Below are positions 1-8,676 of a stretch of 64,000 nt of DNA, in pieces. The position numbers were made by a program, and so were the translations under genes. Source of the DNA: Candidatus Thorarchaeota archaeon (GTDB lineage: Archaea > Asgardarchaeota > Thorarchaeia > Thorarchaeales > Thorarchaeaceae). Each line of letters opens with the position of its first letter. Position 1 is the stretch's first letter. Where the stretch lies: NCBI GenBank assembly GCA_011364905.1, contig RDNZ01000007.1, positions 1 to 64,000 of the forward strand. Direction: 5' to 3'. Below the pieces are notes generated by a model. It worked only from the letters and a program-made list of their open reading frames with translations, ran no database searches and was not told where the DNA came from.

Positions 1-102
1 CGGTATCGCATACAATCCAACAAAAGTGCCAATGACTATTATGGTGAGAAATAGTAAGACTGTGCCCCTCTTTCGTGTGGGTTCTTTACTATCTTTCTCC
101 AT
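1..102 (-). CDS. 5' end of a membrane-anchored/secreted protein (runs off window edge)
   Basis: ATG at 102 reads MEKDSKEPTRKRGTVLLFLTIIVIGTFVGLYAIP with no stop to the edge; basic N-terminus then hydrophobic helix. Confidence 0.65.
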   Translation of the reverse strand, partial: MEKDSKEPTRKRGTVLLFLTIIVIGTFVGLYAIP

Positions 103-245
103 CAGTCTTGTCCCTACATCGGTTTTCTTATCCTGTTTTTGATATGAGGTTACCCATAAAGTCTGTGCGGAAAAAGCAATGTAGGGTTAGTTCAAACCAA
201 AGCCTTAATTCAGTTACTAAATTTGTCAGCGGGAGGATGTAAAAG

Positions 246-1061
246 TTGGTCATGGATGACCCAGACAAATACGAACTCGAAGAAGCAGAGGGAATAGGAA
301 TCTTCGAGCCCGGACAGCTTCTAGAAGATACGGTCACCAAGAATCAAATGCTTGGAGTTTTGGGATATACTGCCCTTGGGATGATTCTATTGGTCGTAGT
401 AACATTCTTGCTAATGATTCCACTAATGATGGCAGGCTTAATTATCATCAACTTTTACACATATACTATCCACATTGATCCATTGGCAATGTTGATCATG
501 ACATCTGCTGAGCTGATTTTCGTCATCCCTCCATTGTACTATATCAGAAGTCGTGGTTTGCCAAAGTCAGCATTGGGAATCAAGAACATGCACTCACCTC
601 TGGATATTGGACTTGGTATTTTGTTTGGGGTGGCAATGCTTGGAGTCAATATTGGTGTTTCCTGGTTTGTAAATCAAGCGACCGGTCCACCGCCTTCTGG
701 AATAGAAGCGATCTTGGTAGCGAGAAACTGGCCTGAGATGATCGCGTGGACCATAGTAATGATTGGATTTGTGGGTTTTACCGAGGAACTTCTATTTCGA
801 GGATTTATGCAACGTCGAATGGAGATTTACTTGCGAGGTCGTGGGACAAACAACTACCAATGGGTTGCGCTGGCAGTCAGCAGCTTAATTTTTGGTGCTG
901 TGCATCTTGACATCATTGGTCTCCCAACAAGGTTCATACTAGGCATGTTTCTGGGTTTTCTTGCGCAACGCAGAAAGTACAACCTCATAGGTCCGTCAGT
1001 GGCTCATGGAATAAACAATGCAGTGGTAGTCTTCCTTTCAAGTCTGCCCTACTTATTCTGA
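246..1061 (+). CDS. CPBP (CAAX/Abi) intramembrane metalloprotease
   Basis: multi-TM; EELLFRG, FGAVH and AHGINN motifs. Confidence 0.9.
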   Translation: MVMDDPDKYELEEAEGIGIFEPGQLLEDTVTKNQMLGVLGYTALGMILLVVVTFLLMIPLMMAGLIIINFYTYTIHIDPLAMLIMTSAELIFVIPPLYYIRSRGLPKSALGIKNMHSPLDIGLGILFGVAMLGVNIGVSWFVNQATGPPPSGIEAILVARNWPEMIAWTIVMIGFVGFTEELLFRGFMQRRMEIYLRGRGTNNYQWVALAVSSLIFGAVHLDIIGLPTRFILGMFLGFLAQRRKYNLIGPSVAHGINNAVVVFLSSLPYLF

Positions 1062-1071
1062 AAAACAACGA

Positions 1072-1094
1072 GGGATCTGTAAGTTACAGATCCC
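1072..1094. terminator. hairpin between convergent genes, probable terminator
   Basis: GGGATCTGTAA-G-TTACAGATCCC perfect 11-bp inverted repeat; T-rich run follows on the minus strand. Confidence 0.55.
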
Positions 1095-1136
1095 CATTCT
1101 CATCTGGTACGAACTGAGCGCATTCAGTAGCGAAGC

Positions 1137-1340
1137 TCATGGTTCGTACTTGAAAGCGACCTTGATATTAGCTCGGAAGGCAACAATTTTGTTGTCTTGC
1201 ACCTTGCAGGTGAAGTGATCAACATCAATGCCTACAATTCCTCTCACGGACTTCGCAGCAACCGCAAGAGCATTCTTGGAGGCCTCCTCCCAGCTGTTTG
1301 GTGACTCTCCGATTAGTTCGATGACCTTTACAACACTCAT
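1137..1340 (-). CDS. dodecin family flavin-binding protein
   Basis: 67 aa MSVVKVIELIGESPNSWEEA...FRANIKVAF typical of dodecin; GGAGG upstream of ATG 1340. Confidence 0.9.
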   Translation of the reverse strand: MSVVKVIELIGESPNSWEEASKNALAVAAKSVRGIVGIDVDHFTCKVQDNKIVAFRANIKVAFKYEP

Positions 1341-1424
1341 ACAATTATCAACCTCCTTGGATTGCTCTATAGTTATCCAACCCTTAAGGGTCTTGCCAAC
1401 TGACTCCAAATTAAGAAGAAAATA

Positions 1425-2582
1425 TCATGCCAGGGTTTTGCGACGTGCAAAGATTAGCCAAGCAATCAAGATTAGGGCCAGAGACAACTCCAGAATGACT
1501 AAAATGTCACCAGAAAACTCACTTAGGGCCACTCCTTTGAATGCAGTGTCAGCCATCATTACACGTCCAAGATTCAGGGGATAGTAATCGTCAATGAGGC
1601 CAACATCCATGAAACCAGTGCCAACAATGACGCTACCGAACAAAAGGAACAGGAATGACTGATTGGCTTGGAGCCGCGTAGTAACTAGAGTGGAAATGAG
1701 GACGCCAAGTGCGGATCCAGATAATGACATGAGCGCAAGTACGATATTCATTGTAAGATATTGTGACCATACATTAATGTTGAATAGTAGTTGCCAGAGA
1801 ATCAGTAAGAATTGTGCTTGTAGCATCCCAACAACGAAATATGCAGAAACCTTTGATATTATAGCTTCCATCTTACTTGCGGGAGTCAGAAGCATTCGAT
1901 TGAGAGGCACATCGCCGACAATAGCTTGGGCAGCTGTTGCTGCGACAGCAATAAACACGGCAAACACAATCATAAAGACTCCAAAGGTCGCTTCAAAACC
2001 ACTGGAACCAGCAGGTTGGAACTCTGGAAACATGTCGGCTGCAATCTCGCCTTTTACCCAATCATGATCGAAGCGGAAGTCCTGAACAACTCCATTAAAC
2101 TTCGAAAAAACAGAAGTCTGACTTGAAAAATCAGTACTGCTAATGTGAATACTGACAAAGGCAGGAATATCTCCAGTAATATTTCCTTCAAACCCATATG
2201 GAATTACAGCGTATGCGTCCACTCTATCAAAGTATAATGCATCTAACGCATCTGCTTCTGTATTGTATATCTGAACAATAAAGTTGGGACTATTGGTCAG
2301 ATACCACGTGAAATTGGCTGATAGGTCCTGACCGGGAAATGTGTTTGTTGAATCGATGTCCACTAGACCTAGTCTTATCGCATCTTCGTTCTTTCCCGTT
2401 TCAGCAGAGATTCCAATTGCCGCTTGATGAGTGGCGGCATACATTGTCATCATGATCATTGTGGGAAGGATGAAGACAAGAATGAGCGCAAATTTGTCAT
2501 TCTGAATCAGTTTCAATTCCTTGAGAAACATTGACCAGATACGCCACAGTTTTGTGTTCTTCTTCTTCCCGACCTTAGACAA
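1425..2582 (-). CDS. ABC-2 type transporter permease
   Basis: KELKLI..DK N-terminus, extracellular domain, RMLLTP..K..ISK motif, several C-terminal TMs. Confidence 0.85.
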   Translation of the reverse strand: MSKVGKKKNTKLWRIWSMFLKELKLIQNDKFALILVFILPTMIMMTMYAATHQAAIGISAETGKNEDAIRLGLVDIDSTNTFPGQDLSANFTWYLTNSPNFIVQIYNTEADALDALYFDRVDAYAVIPYGFEGNITGDIPAFVSIHISSTDFSSQTSVFSKFNGVVQDFRFDHDWVKGEIAADMFPEFQPAGSSGFEATFGVFMIVFAVFIAVAATAAQAIVGDVPLNRMLLTPASKMEAIISKVSAYFVVGMLQAQFLLILWQLLFNINVWSQYLTMNIVLALMSLSGSALGVLISTLVTTRLQANQSFLFLLFGSVIVGTGFMDVGLIDDYYPLNLGRVMMADTAFKGVALSEFSGDILVILELSLALILIAWLIFARRKTLA

Positions 2583-2628
2583 AGGTACTCACCTGATTCA
2601 GCAGTCTGGATTTTTATCTACGAGCCTT

Positions 2629-3552
2629 TTATGGGTTTTCTGCAGGCGTAGACTCCTCAAAAAATCCCAAAACTTCAGCACACATAAGAAGGTAGAGGAC
2701 CATTGTGTTTGAAGCGCCCCAGGACTCTGCATGTTCCTGAACTTGTTTCGCAGTCATTCTTAGACCTTGATTGTATAACTTTCCAAGAATCTTTTGAATC
2801 ACAAGATCCTCGTATGCAAACACGTTGAAGTTGCCTAGTCCAGCTAGCGAGAACACACGGACTGTCCAGTCCCCAATTCCTCTGATAGGTTTCAGTCGTT
2901 CAAGCACCTCCTCGTAGGGAGCACCGACTAGGGAATCTAGAGCCAAGTTGCCCTTGGCCGCGAGCATAGCGACATTGTGAATGTATTCAGCTTTGTAACC
3001 AAAACCAAATTCTCGCAGACCATCCAGTCCAGCATTTGACATTGTTTGCGCACTGGGAAAGAAGTACCAACGAGAATCTTCAAACATTACAGGTTTCGTG
3101 AGCTCAAGTACCATCCTCTTTGTGAATATGTTTGCAGCCCTGTATGATACCTGTTGCTGGATTATTGTCTTAATCAGTGCTTCAAAGGGCGTGGGTGACA
3201 TATATGGTCGCACGCCAGCTACCTTTGGAACAAGATTAGCAATTACCGGGTCCTCGCTCATTTGTTTCAATGCGTTGTCAACCTTGAGTTTTAAATTCAA
3301 TGTCCTTTCAACCATCGCCCTTAGATCTTTGGTCGTTACGTCGCAACTAGAGTGAGTAATCTGTAGAGACTTTCCTGGCTTTGGCTGCCTGATGATCAAA
3401 ACTACATGTTGATAATCAAAATCGTAGGCACGTCCAAAAAAGCCAGCGCCAGTTTGCTCAGGCACTGGTTGTATATCTGGATAAATCCAAGAATGAACTG
3501 AAGATAAGAGATCATATTCAGGTGGTACCTTGATTCGAAATGGCAATTTCAT
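2629..3552 (-). CDS. alkA: DNA-3-methyladenine glycosylase (AlkA/HhH-GPD family)
   Basis: PFEALIKTIIQQQVS, FPSA, LKPIRGIGDWT HhH, catalytic Asp in YEDL; start taken at ATG 3552. Confidence 0.8.
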   Translation of the reverse strand: MKLPFRIKVPPEYDLLSSVHSWIYPDIQPVPEQTGAGFFGRAYDFDYQHVVLIIRQPKPGKSLQITHSSCDVTTKDLRAMVERTLNLKLKVDNALKQMSEDPVIANLVPKVAGVRPYMSPTPFEALIKTIIQQQVSYRAANIFTKRMVLELTKPVMFEDSRWYFFPSAQTMSNAGLDGLREFGFGYKAEYIHNVAMLAAKGNLALDSLVGAPYEEVLERLKPIRGIGDWTVRVFSLAGLGNFNVFAYEDLVIQKILGKLYNQGLRMTAKQVQEHAESWGASNTMVLYLLMCAEVLGFFEESTPAENP

Positions 3553-3644
3553 CACTTTTACAAAGACAAATGCACCTGCCGGAAGAAAGACCGGCAGATG
3601 CATGTTTGATTGAACTTGTCTAACAATCCAAATGAGATCTGGAA

Positions 3645-3758
3645 CTACTCCTTATCTTTTTTGAAAGGATTGCTCTTGAAAGGATTCTTTGGAGCGTGCA
3701 CCTTAATTGAAAAAGCACCCTTCTCCCTATTTCCGGCAGATTCTTTGTTCTCGTTCAA
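3645..3758 (-). CDS. putative 37-aa small protein
   Basis: TTG start with GTGAGG SD-like sequence upstream; MNENKESAGNREKGAFSIKVHAPKNPFKSNPFKKDKE*; below the ORF-track cutoff. Confidence 0.4.
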   Translation of the reverse strand: MNENKESAGNREKGAFSIKVHAPKNPFKSNPFKKDKE

Positions 3759-3886
3759 TAATATTTCCTCACAAACCACCATGTGATGCTTCGATTATGG
3801 TACACAAATACATTTGAATTTATCATATTTCAGAGCATCAAACATTAGGATTATAACATGAACAACAATACGAATCGGGAATAGCC

Positions 3887-4240
3887 ATGGAACGCCGCTC
3901 AGAATCTCTATTGAATTCGTCAAGCGTCATATTCGTGGCAATGATCGTTGTCACTATATTGCTGAATTTTGGTCTGTTTTTCATCTTGAATTTTCTAGCA
4001 CCTTTAGTCACAGGATTGATTGTGGGTTATATTGTAGCTAAATACATACACGCAATTGCTATTGTATTCAGTGGGACTGCACTGAGTTATTTCCTAGTTT
4101 TCCTCATAACAGAGTGGTTTCTTGATTTTGTCTACAAACCAGAGGATGTGATTTTTGCTGTCATCATTATGTCGGGCATAGGTGTTCTGGGAGGAGCAAT
4201 TGGCTCATTCGTTGGAGCCAGACGTTCCAAAACAAAGTAG
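3887..4240 (+). CDS. small 4-TM membrane protein
   Basis: hydrophobic helices, Gly-rich last helix, basic tail. Confidence 0.75.
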   Translation: MERRSESLLNSSSVIFVAMIVVTILLNFGLFFILNFLAPLVTGLIVGYIVAKYIHAIAIVFSGTALSYFLVFLITEWFLDFVYKPEDVIFAVIIMSGIGVLGGAIGSFVGARRSKTK

Positions 4241-4244
4241 GACA

Positions 4245-5396
4245 TCAAGTATCAACAGATATTCGTCCTGGTGTGAAGTCTGCGTTCGGTCCTGCAGGAG
4301 CACTACGTAGGGGATTTCCATAAAGCATCCATTCAACTGCTGATACAGATTTGTCTATTGTGAGAGTTGTTGAATCACCCTTTCTGACCTTCTCGATTTC
4401 AGCTAGGACTTTGGGCTCTAGGTTCTCGGTCAGTGCCCTGTCCACTGCAAGCTTCACCTCACCTATGAGATCATATGAGTCGAGAAGATCTAAGAGCCCG
4501 AATTTCCAACCATCGCAATACGCACATTTGCGCCAGTCCTCAAATGGTTCAACATTATTCATGGTATCAAGTGTTGCACCAATGTAGGCGGCCCCTGAGT
4601 TCAGGAAAGCTTTCAATAATGGACCTTCTTGAGCTGTATTACATGCCTCCGAAAACACAACAGGATAGCCCTGAAATTCAATCGCTGAAGCTTGTTCGTA
4701 GCTGAGAATAACCGAATTATGTGTTGCCCATCTATCAGGCGTCCCATGAATTCGTGCTGTGAATACGCCATCTGAGAATTGAAGAATAAACTCACTGACA
4801 GACAACAGCTTTTCTTCTTCCTTAGTATAACGAAGTAGCACTTCTACATCAAATCCCAAATCAGCAAGAGCTTTGACGTGCTTATCAGAACGACCCGGTT
4901 GCGAATCAAATACAATCGCTATGTTACTATCAACAACATATGGGTCCATATGATAAAGGACAGTTTTTGGTGGCCCAAAAATCCGTCCAAATGGGAAGTC
5001 GGGTTTGCCATCATTATCTAAATCCTGAATGAACCAATCGGTGAAACCGTATGTGCCCTCATATGAAATCTGTGTGGCTGGAAGCTCTTTATTAGTTCCA
5101 ATGAGTAGGACACCTTTGTGATAACTTGGGTCATAATTCTCTCTAATCGTCTTCTTTGTGAGAATCCAAGATCGACCTTGTTCAACAATGAAGTCAGCTC
5201 CGATTTCTCTGGCCTTAGTAGCGTATTGTGCAATATTGGCTTCACCCACTCTGCCGCACACCACAAGCATTTGTTTGATCAGGTTTCTATTTATCCGTCC
5301 TACTTCAAAAACAAGGTCTTCGTCAGACCTTCTCTTTCTGAATTTCTTCTTTATCTCATTGATTGTTCCAAGACCACTCTTACTGATTATATTCAT
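4245..5396 (-). CDS. peptidase C25 (gingipain)-like cysteine protease
   Basis: DLDNDGKPDFPFGRI, IHG, PVVFSEACNT, GAAYIGAT and LYGNP follow the C25 motif order; start uncertain. Confidence 0.65.
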   Translation of the reverse strand: MNIISKSGLGTINEIKKKFRKRRSDEDLVFEVGRINRNLIKQMLVVCGRVGEANIAQYATKAREIGADFIVEQGRSWILTKKTIRENYDPSYHKGVLLIGTNKELPATQISYEGTYGFTDWFIQDLDNDGKPDFPFGRIFGPPKTVLYHMDPYVVDSNIAIVFDSQPGRSDKHVKALADLGFDVEVLLRYTKEEEKLLSVSEFILQFSDGVFTARIHGTPDRWATHNSVILSYEQASAIEFQGYPVVFSEACNTAQEGPLLKAFLNSGAAYIGATLDTMNNVEPFEDWRKCAYCDGWKFGLLDLLDSYDLIGEVKLAVDRALTENLEPKVLAEIEKVRKGDSTTLTIDKSVSAVEWMLYGNPLRSAPAGPNADFTPGRISVDT

Positions 5397-5478
5397 GACT
5401 CCGGAGTTCTCATCAAAAGTGATAATTACTGTTGTTGGTGTAGCCGCCAGCAGCAAACTACGAAGGATATGAGAAACA

Positions 5479-6129
5479 ATGGCCTCAAATATCAAGGTGA
5501 TCTCGATAGACTTGGATGGAGTTCTCTATGATGGTCCAAGTGCCGCATTTGCGCTTGCTCAGCAGATTGGCTTGAAGGATCAATATCTCGAATTACTCGA
5601 AAGAATAGAACGAGAAAACTTGGATTTTCAAGAAACGGTGGTTGAAGTCGCAAAACTATGGAAAGGGATACCTGTTGATGCCACGTACCACTACTTGGTG
5701 AAGACGATGCCACTGCTAGACGGAGCTGAAGAAACAGTAGCTACACTGCAGGACTGGGGATATGAAGTGGGTTGTATTTCCAGCGGAGTTAGTCAGTTCT
5801 TCATGGAACCTCTGTCTCGCAGATTGAATCTATCTTTTGCCTACTCTCATATTCTTGGTTCAGAGAATCAGGTTCATGATGGAACTGTTCAGTTCACAAT
5901 GGGTGGTCCAGAAAAAGCCACGACAATCTGGAACTACGTACAAATAAGAGGACACTCACTGGAAAACGTGGCTAGTATTGGAAATGGGATTAATGACATA
6001 GATCTATTCAAAGTTTCAGCGTTCAGCATTGCATTCAATCCAGTGGATAAAGCTGTAAGTGATGCTGCGACAGTAACTATTGAATCCAAAGACTTGCGTT
6101 CGATTCTGCCGTACTTTGAGAGAGTTTAA
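5479..6129 (+). CDS. HAD-IB phosphatase (SerB-like)
   Basis: DLDGVL, ISSG, K, GNGIND motifs. Confidence 0.8.
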   Translation: MASNIKVISIDLDGVLYDGPSAAFALAQQIGLKDQYLELLERIERENLDFQETVVEVAKLWKGIPVDATYHYLVKTMPLLDGAEETVATLQDWGYEVGCISSGVSQFFMEPLSRRLNLSFAYSHILGSENQVHDGTVQFTMGGPEKATTIWNYVQIRGHSLENVASIGNGINDIDLFKVSAFSIAFNPVDKAVSDAATVTIESKDLRSILPYFERV

Positions 6130-7262
6130 CCAAGAATCTTTGTGAATGCATCCTTGATTTGTTGTTTGTCGTTATCCGTGAGACTCGGATGCACTGGAAT
6201 ATCGAAGTGTCGAGATCCAATCTCCTCTGACACTGGAAGAGTCACTGCTGAATAATCGGGATAATCTACGAACTTTGCCCATCTCCATTGCTGAATATTA
6301 AGGTAGGTGTCTTGCTTATGACAAGGTAGTGCGTAGACTGCTCTCGAACCCACACCCTGCTCCCTCAATGCTGATACTATGCCATCTCTATCCATTTTAT
6401 CTGAGTATAGACGGGGAGCATAAAGATGATATGCAGATTTCAGACCTTTATCTTCCACCTGTGGCTTAATTGATTCAAACTCAGAGAAGAACTCATCAAA
6501 CTCGTGAGCATTCTTTCGTCGCTGTTTTACAGCTTCTGGGAGTCGTTTCATTTGCTCAATTCCAATCGCAGCGACTACGTCCATCATTCTGTTGTTGTAT
6601 CCTATTCTGAAGTGGCTATAGCCACCCTGTTTGCCACGACCGTGGTTTTTGACCATCAGACACCGATCAAAGAGTTCTTCATTATCAGTTGTGATCATTC
6701 CTCCCTCTCCAGTCATCATGTTCTTTGTTGCATAGAAAGAGAACGCAGATACATGCCCTAGGGACCCAACTTTCCTGCCATCGACCTCAGCACCATGAGC
6801 TTGGCAGGCATCCTCAATGACCTGCAAATCATGAGATTCTGCTATATCCATAATATGCTTCATATCAGCAGGCATCCCAAAGATGTGCACTGGCATAATC
6901 GCACGAGTCTTTTCTGTAATCGCGTCTTCAATCAGTTCAGGGTCGATGTTATAGGAATCAGGTTTCACATCTACAAAAATGGGAATTGCTCCTATCATAG
7001 CAATCGAGTTGGCTGATGCGATAAACGTGAAGGGAGATGTAATGACCTCGTCCCCAGGTTCTAGTGCCATAGCCTCCAAGGCAGTGCTCAACGCAGTCGT
7101 TCCGTTGTTGGTCACTGTTGCGAATTTTGTGCCGATGTACTTAGCAAACTGCCTTTCTAGCTCACGAGAAACCTTTCCCTCAGCGAGCATTCCTGATTCT
7201 AGGACTCGCTTCACAGCTTCAACTTCTTCTTCTTCAATGATTGGCTTCGCAAATGGAATCAT
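6126..7262 (-). CDS. DegT/DnrJ/EryC1/StrS aminotransferase
   Basis: NGTTAL, IEDACQAHG, SFYATKN, GEGG. Confidence 0.92.
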   Translation of the reverse strand: MIPFAKPIIEEEEVEAVKRVLESGMLAEGKVSRELERQFAKYIGTKFATVTNNGTTALSTALEAMALEPGDEVITSPFTFIASANSIAMIGAIPIFVDVKPDSYNIDPELIEDAITEKTRAIMPVHIFGMPADMKHIMDIAESHDLQVIEDACQAHGAEVDGRKVGSLGHVSAFSFYATKNMMTGEGGMITTDNEELFDRCLMVKNHGRGKQGGYSHFRIGYNNRMMDVVAAIGIEQMKRLPEAVKQRRKNAHEFDEFFSEFESIKPQVEDKGLKSAYHLYAPRLYSDKMDRDGIVSALREQGVGSRAVYALPCHKQDTYLNIQQWRWAKFVDYPDYSAVTLPVSEEIGSRHFDIPVHPSLTDNDKQQIKDAFTKILG

Positions 7263-7328
7263 GACAGACCACACTTGGCTGATTTTGATACAGAATAAAA
7301 CCCTTTGGCATGTGTGACAAATGTACTG

Positions 7329-7886
7329 CTATGAGGTGGAAGCCTCCGGGGAACTCTCTATCTCAGCTTGTATTTCTTTGTAGTAGGCAGTCCTACGTCT
7401 ATTCTCAACGAGGCCAACGATTCCAATAGATGCGCTCATCACCGCAAGAGCGACCAGCATATAGGCTAAATTCCCAAGATAGAAGATGATCGCAAGAGCT
7501 AAACCACTCAAGAAGCCAGTCGAAGCCCGTACGAAATTTGTGGTCTTTCTGGGAGTAAGACGTTGACTCATCCAATCGATGACAGTTGTAAAACCAAGGG
7601 CAACTGAAAGAAAGAACCAAAACCATTCAGGTGTCAATTGAACCTGAAATATGAAGAGAAACAATAGACCTAGGCCCAGACCACCATAGATTCCGCTGCA
7701 TCGTCCACAGAGATAAAGCGAGCGACCCATGATAGACACGCGTAGACAGTGACCATACATTGATGGAGGATGATGAGATAGAAGCATCTGAAGACCATTC
7801 GCAAAATCTCCTGTTCTATCAATATCATCTTCTTCACTCGTTGAGAGCGCATCTGGATGTACATCGCTTTCAGTTTCGCTGCTCAC
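7329..7886 (-). CDS. DUF2085-like membrane protein
   Basis: HH..., LCGRCSGIY, DWMSQ...TN..R..TG pattern. Confidence 0.7.
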   Translation of the reverse strand: MSSETESDVHPDALSTSEEDDIDRTGDFANGLQMLLSHHPPSMYGHCLRVSIMGRSLYLCGRCSGIYGGLGLGLLFLFIFQVQLTPEWFWFFLSVALGFTTVIDWMSQRLTPRKTTNFVRASTGFLSGLALAIIFYLGNLAYMLVALAVMSASIGIVGLVENRRRTAYYKEIQAEIESSPEASTS

Positions 7887-8178
7887 GGGTATCTCACAAA
7901 GAAGTTTCCTGTACGGTCCTCTTAAAACCTATTGGATTATACCAGCAAACATGAATCTGTTTGATACTGTCATTTTCTTAAATGAGCTTAAAGCTGGATA
8001 GACCAAAAATAAAAACATAAACGCTCGATGGTTCAATAGAGAAACACCCTTATTTCACATTCTATTGAGCTTTGTGCCAGTTTAAGGCGATATGAAGATT
8101 CATGCAGAACGACAATGACAGGATTTTAATGTAGGTTCATGTAGTACCACTCGCACTTTAACAAGATGATGGAATTGA

Positions 8179-8676
8179 TTGATGATGGAGAAAGTGTTAC
8201 TTGTCGATATGGACAAATGCACTGGGTGTAAGCAGTGTTCACTTGCTTGTTCTCTAACAAAGGAGGATCTATTCGATCCAGACAGGGGTAGAATCAAGAT
8301 ATTGAAGAAAGAGGAAATTGCCCTCGGACTTCAACTTGTTTGTGAACAATGCGAGTCGCATCCTTGTGTTGCTTCTTGCCCAAATGGAGCATTATCGAGG
8401 GATGAAACAACAGGAATCATCACAGTTGATGAGAATCTCTGCACATCGCAGGGTGCATGTGTGGATGCATGCATTTACTATGCCATCCGGCTTCATCCTG
8501 AAACGAAGAAGCCAATGTTCTGCGATCTTTGTGGAGGTGATCCATATTGCGTCAAGCATTGTGTTCCAGAGGCGCTTCAGTGGGTGGATAAATCGGAGGA
8601 TTTGACTAAAACTAAGAGAAAGTTGCGTTCTACAAGAATAGCAATGTACAAAGAGTTGAAGAAGGAGGCGGCATGA
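8179..8676 (+). CDS. 4Fe-4S multicluster electron-transfer subunit
   Basis: CTGCKQCSLAC, CEQC..HPCVASCP, CDLC...PYCVKHC. Confidence 0.9.
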   Translation: MMMEKVLLVDMDKCTGCKQCSLACSLTKEDLFDPDRGRIKILKKEEIALGLQLVCEQCESHPCVASCPNGALSRDETTGIITVDENLCTSQGACVDACIYYAIRLHPETKKPMFCDLCGGDPYCVKHCVPEALQWVDKSEDLTKTKRKLRSTRIAMYKELKKEAA

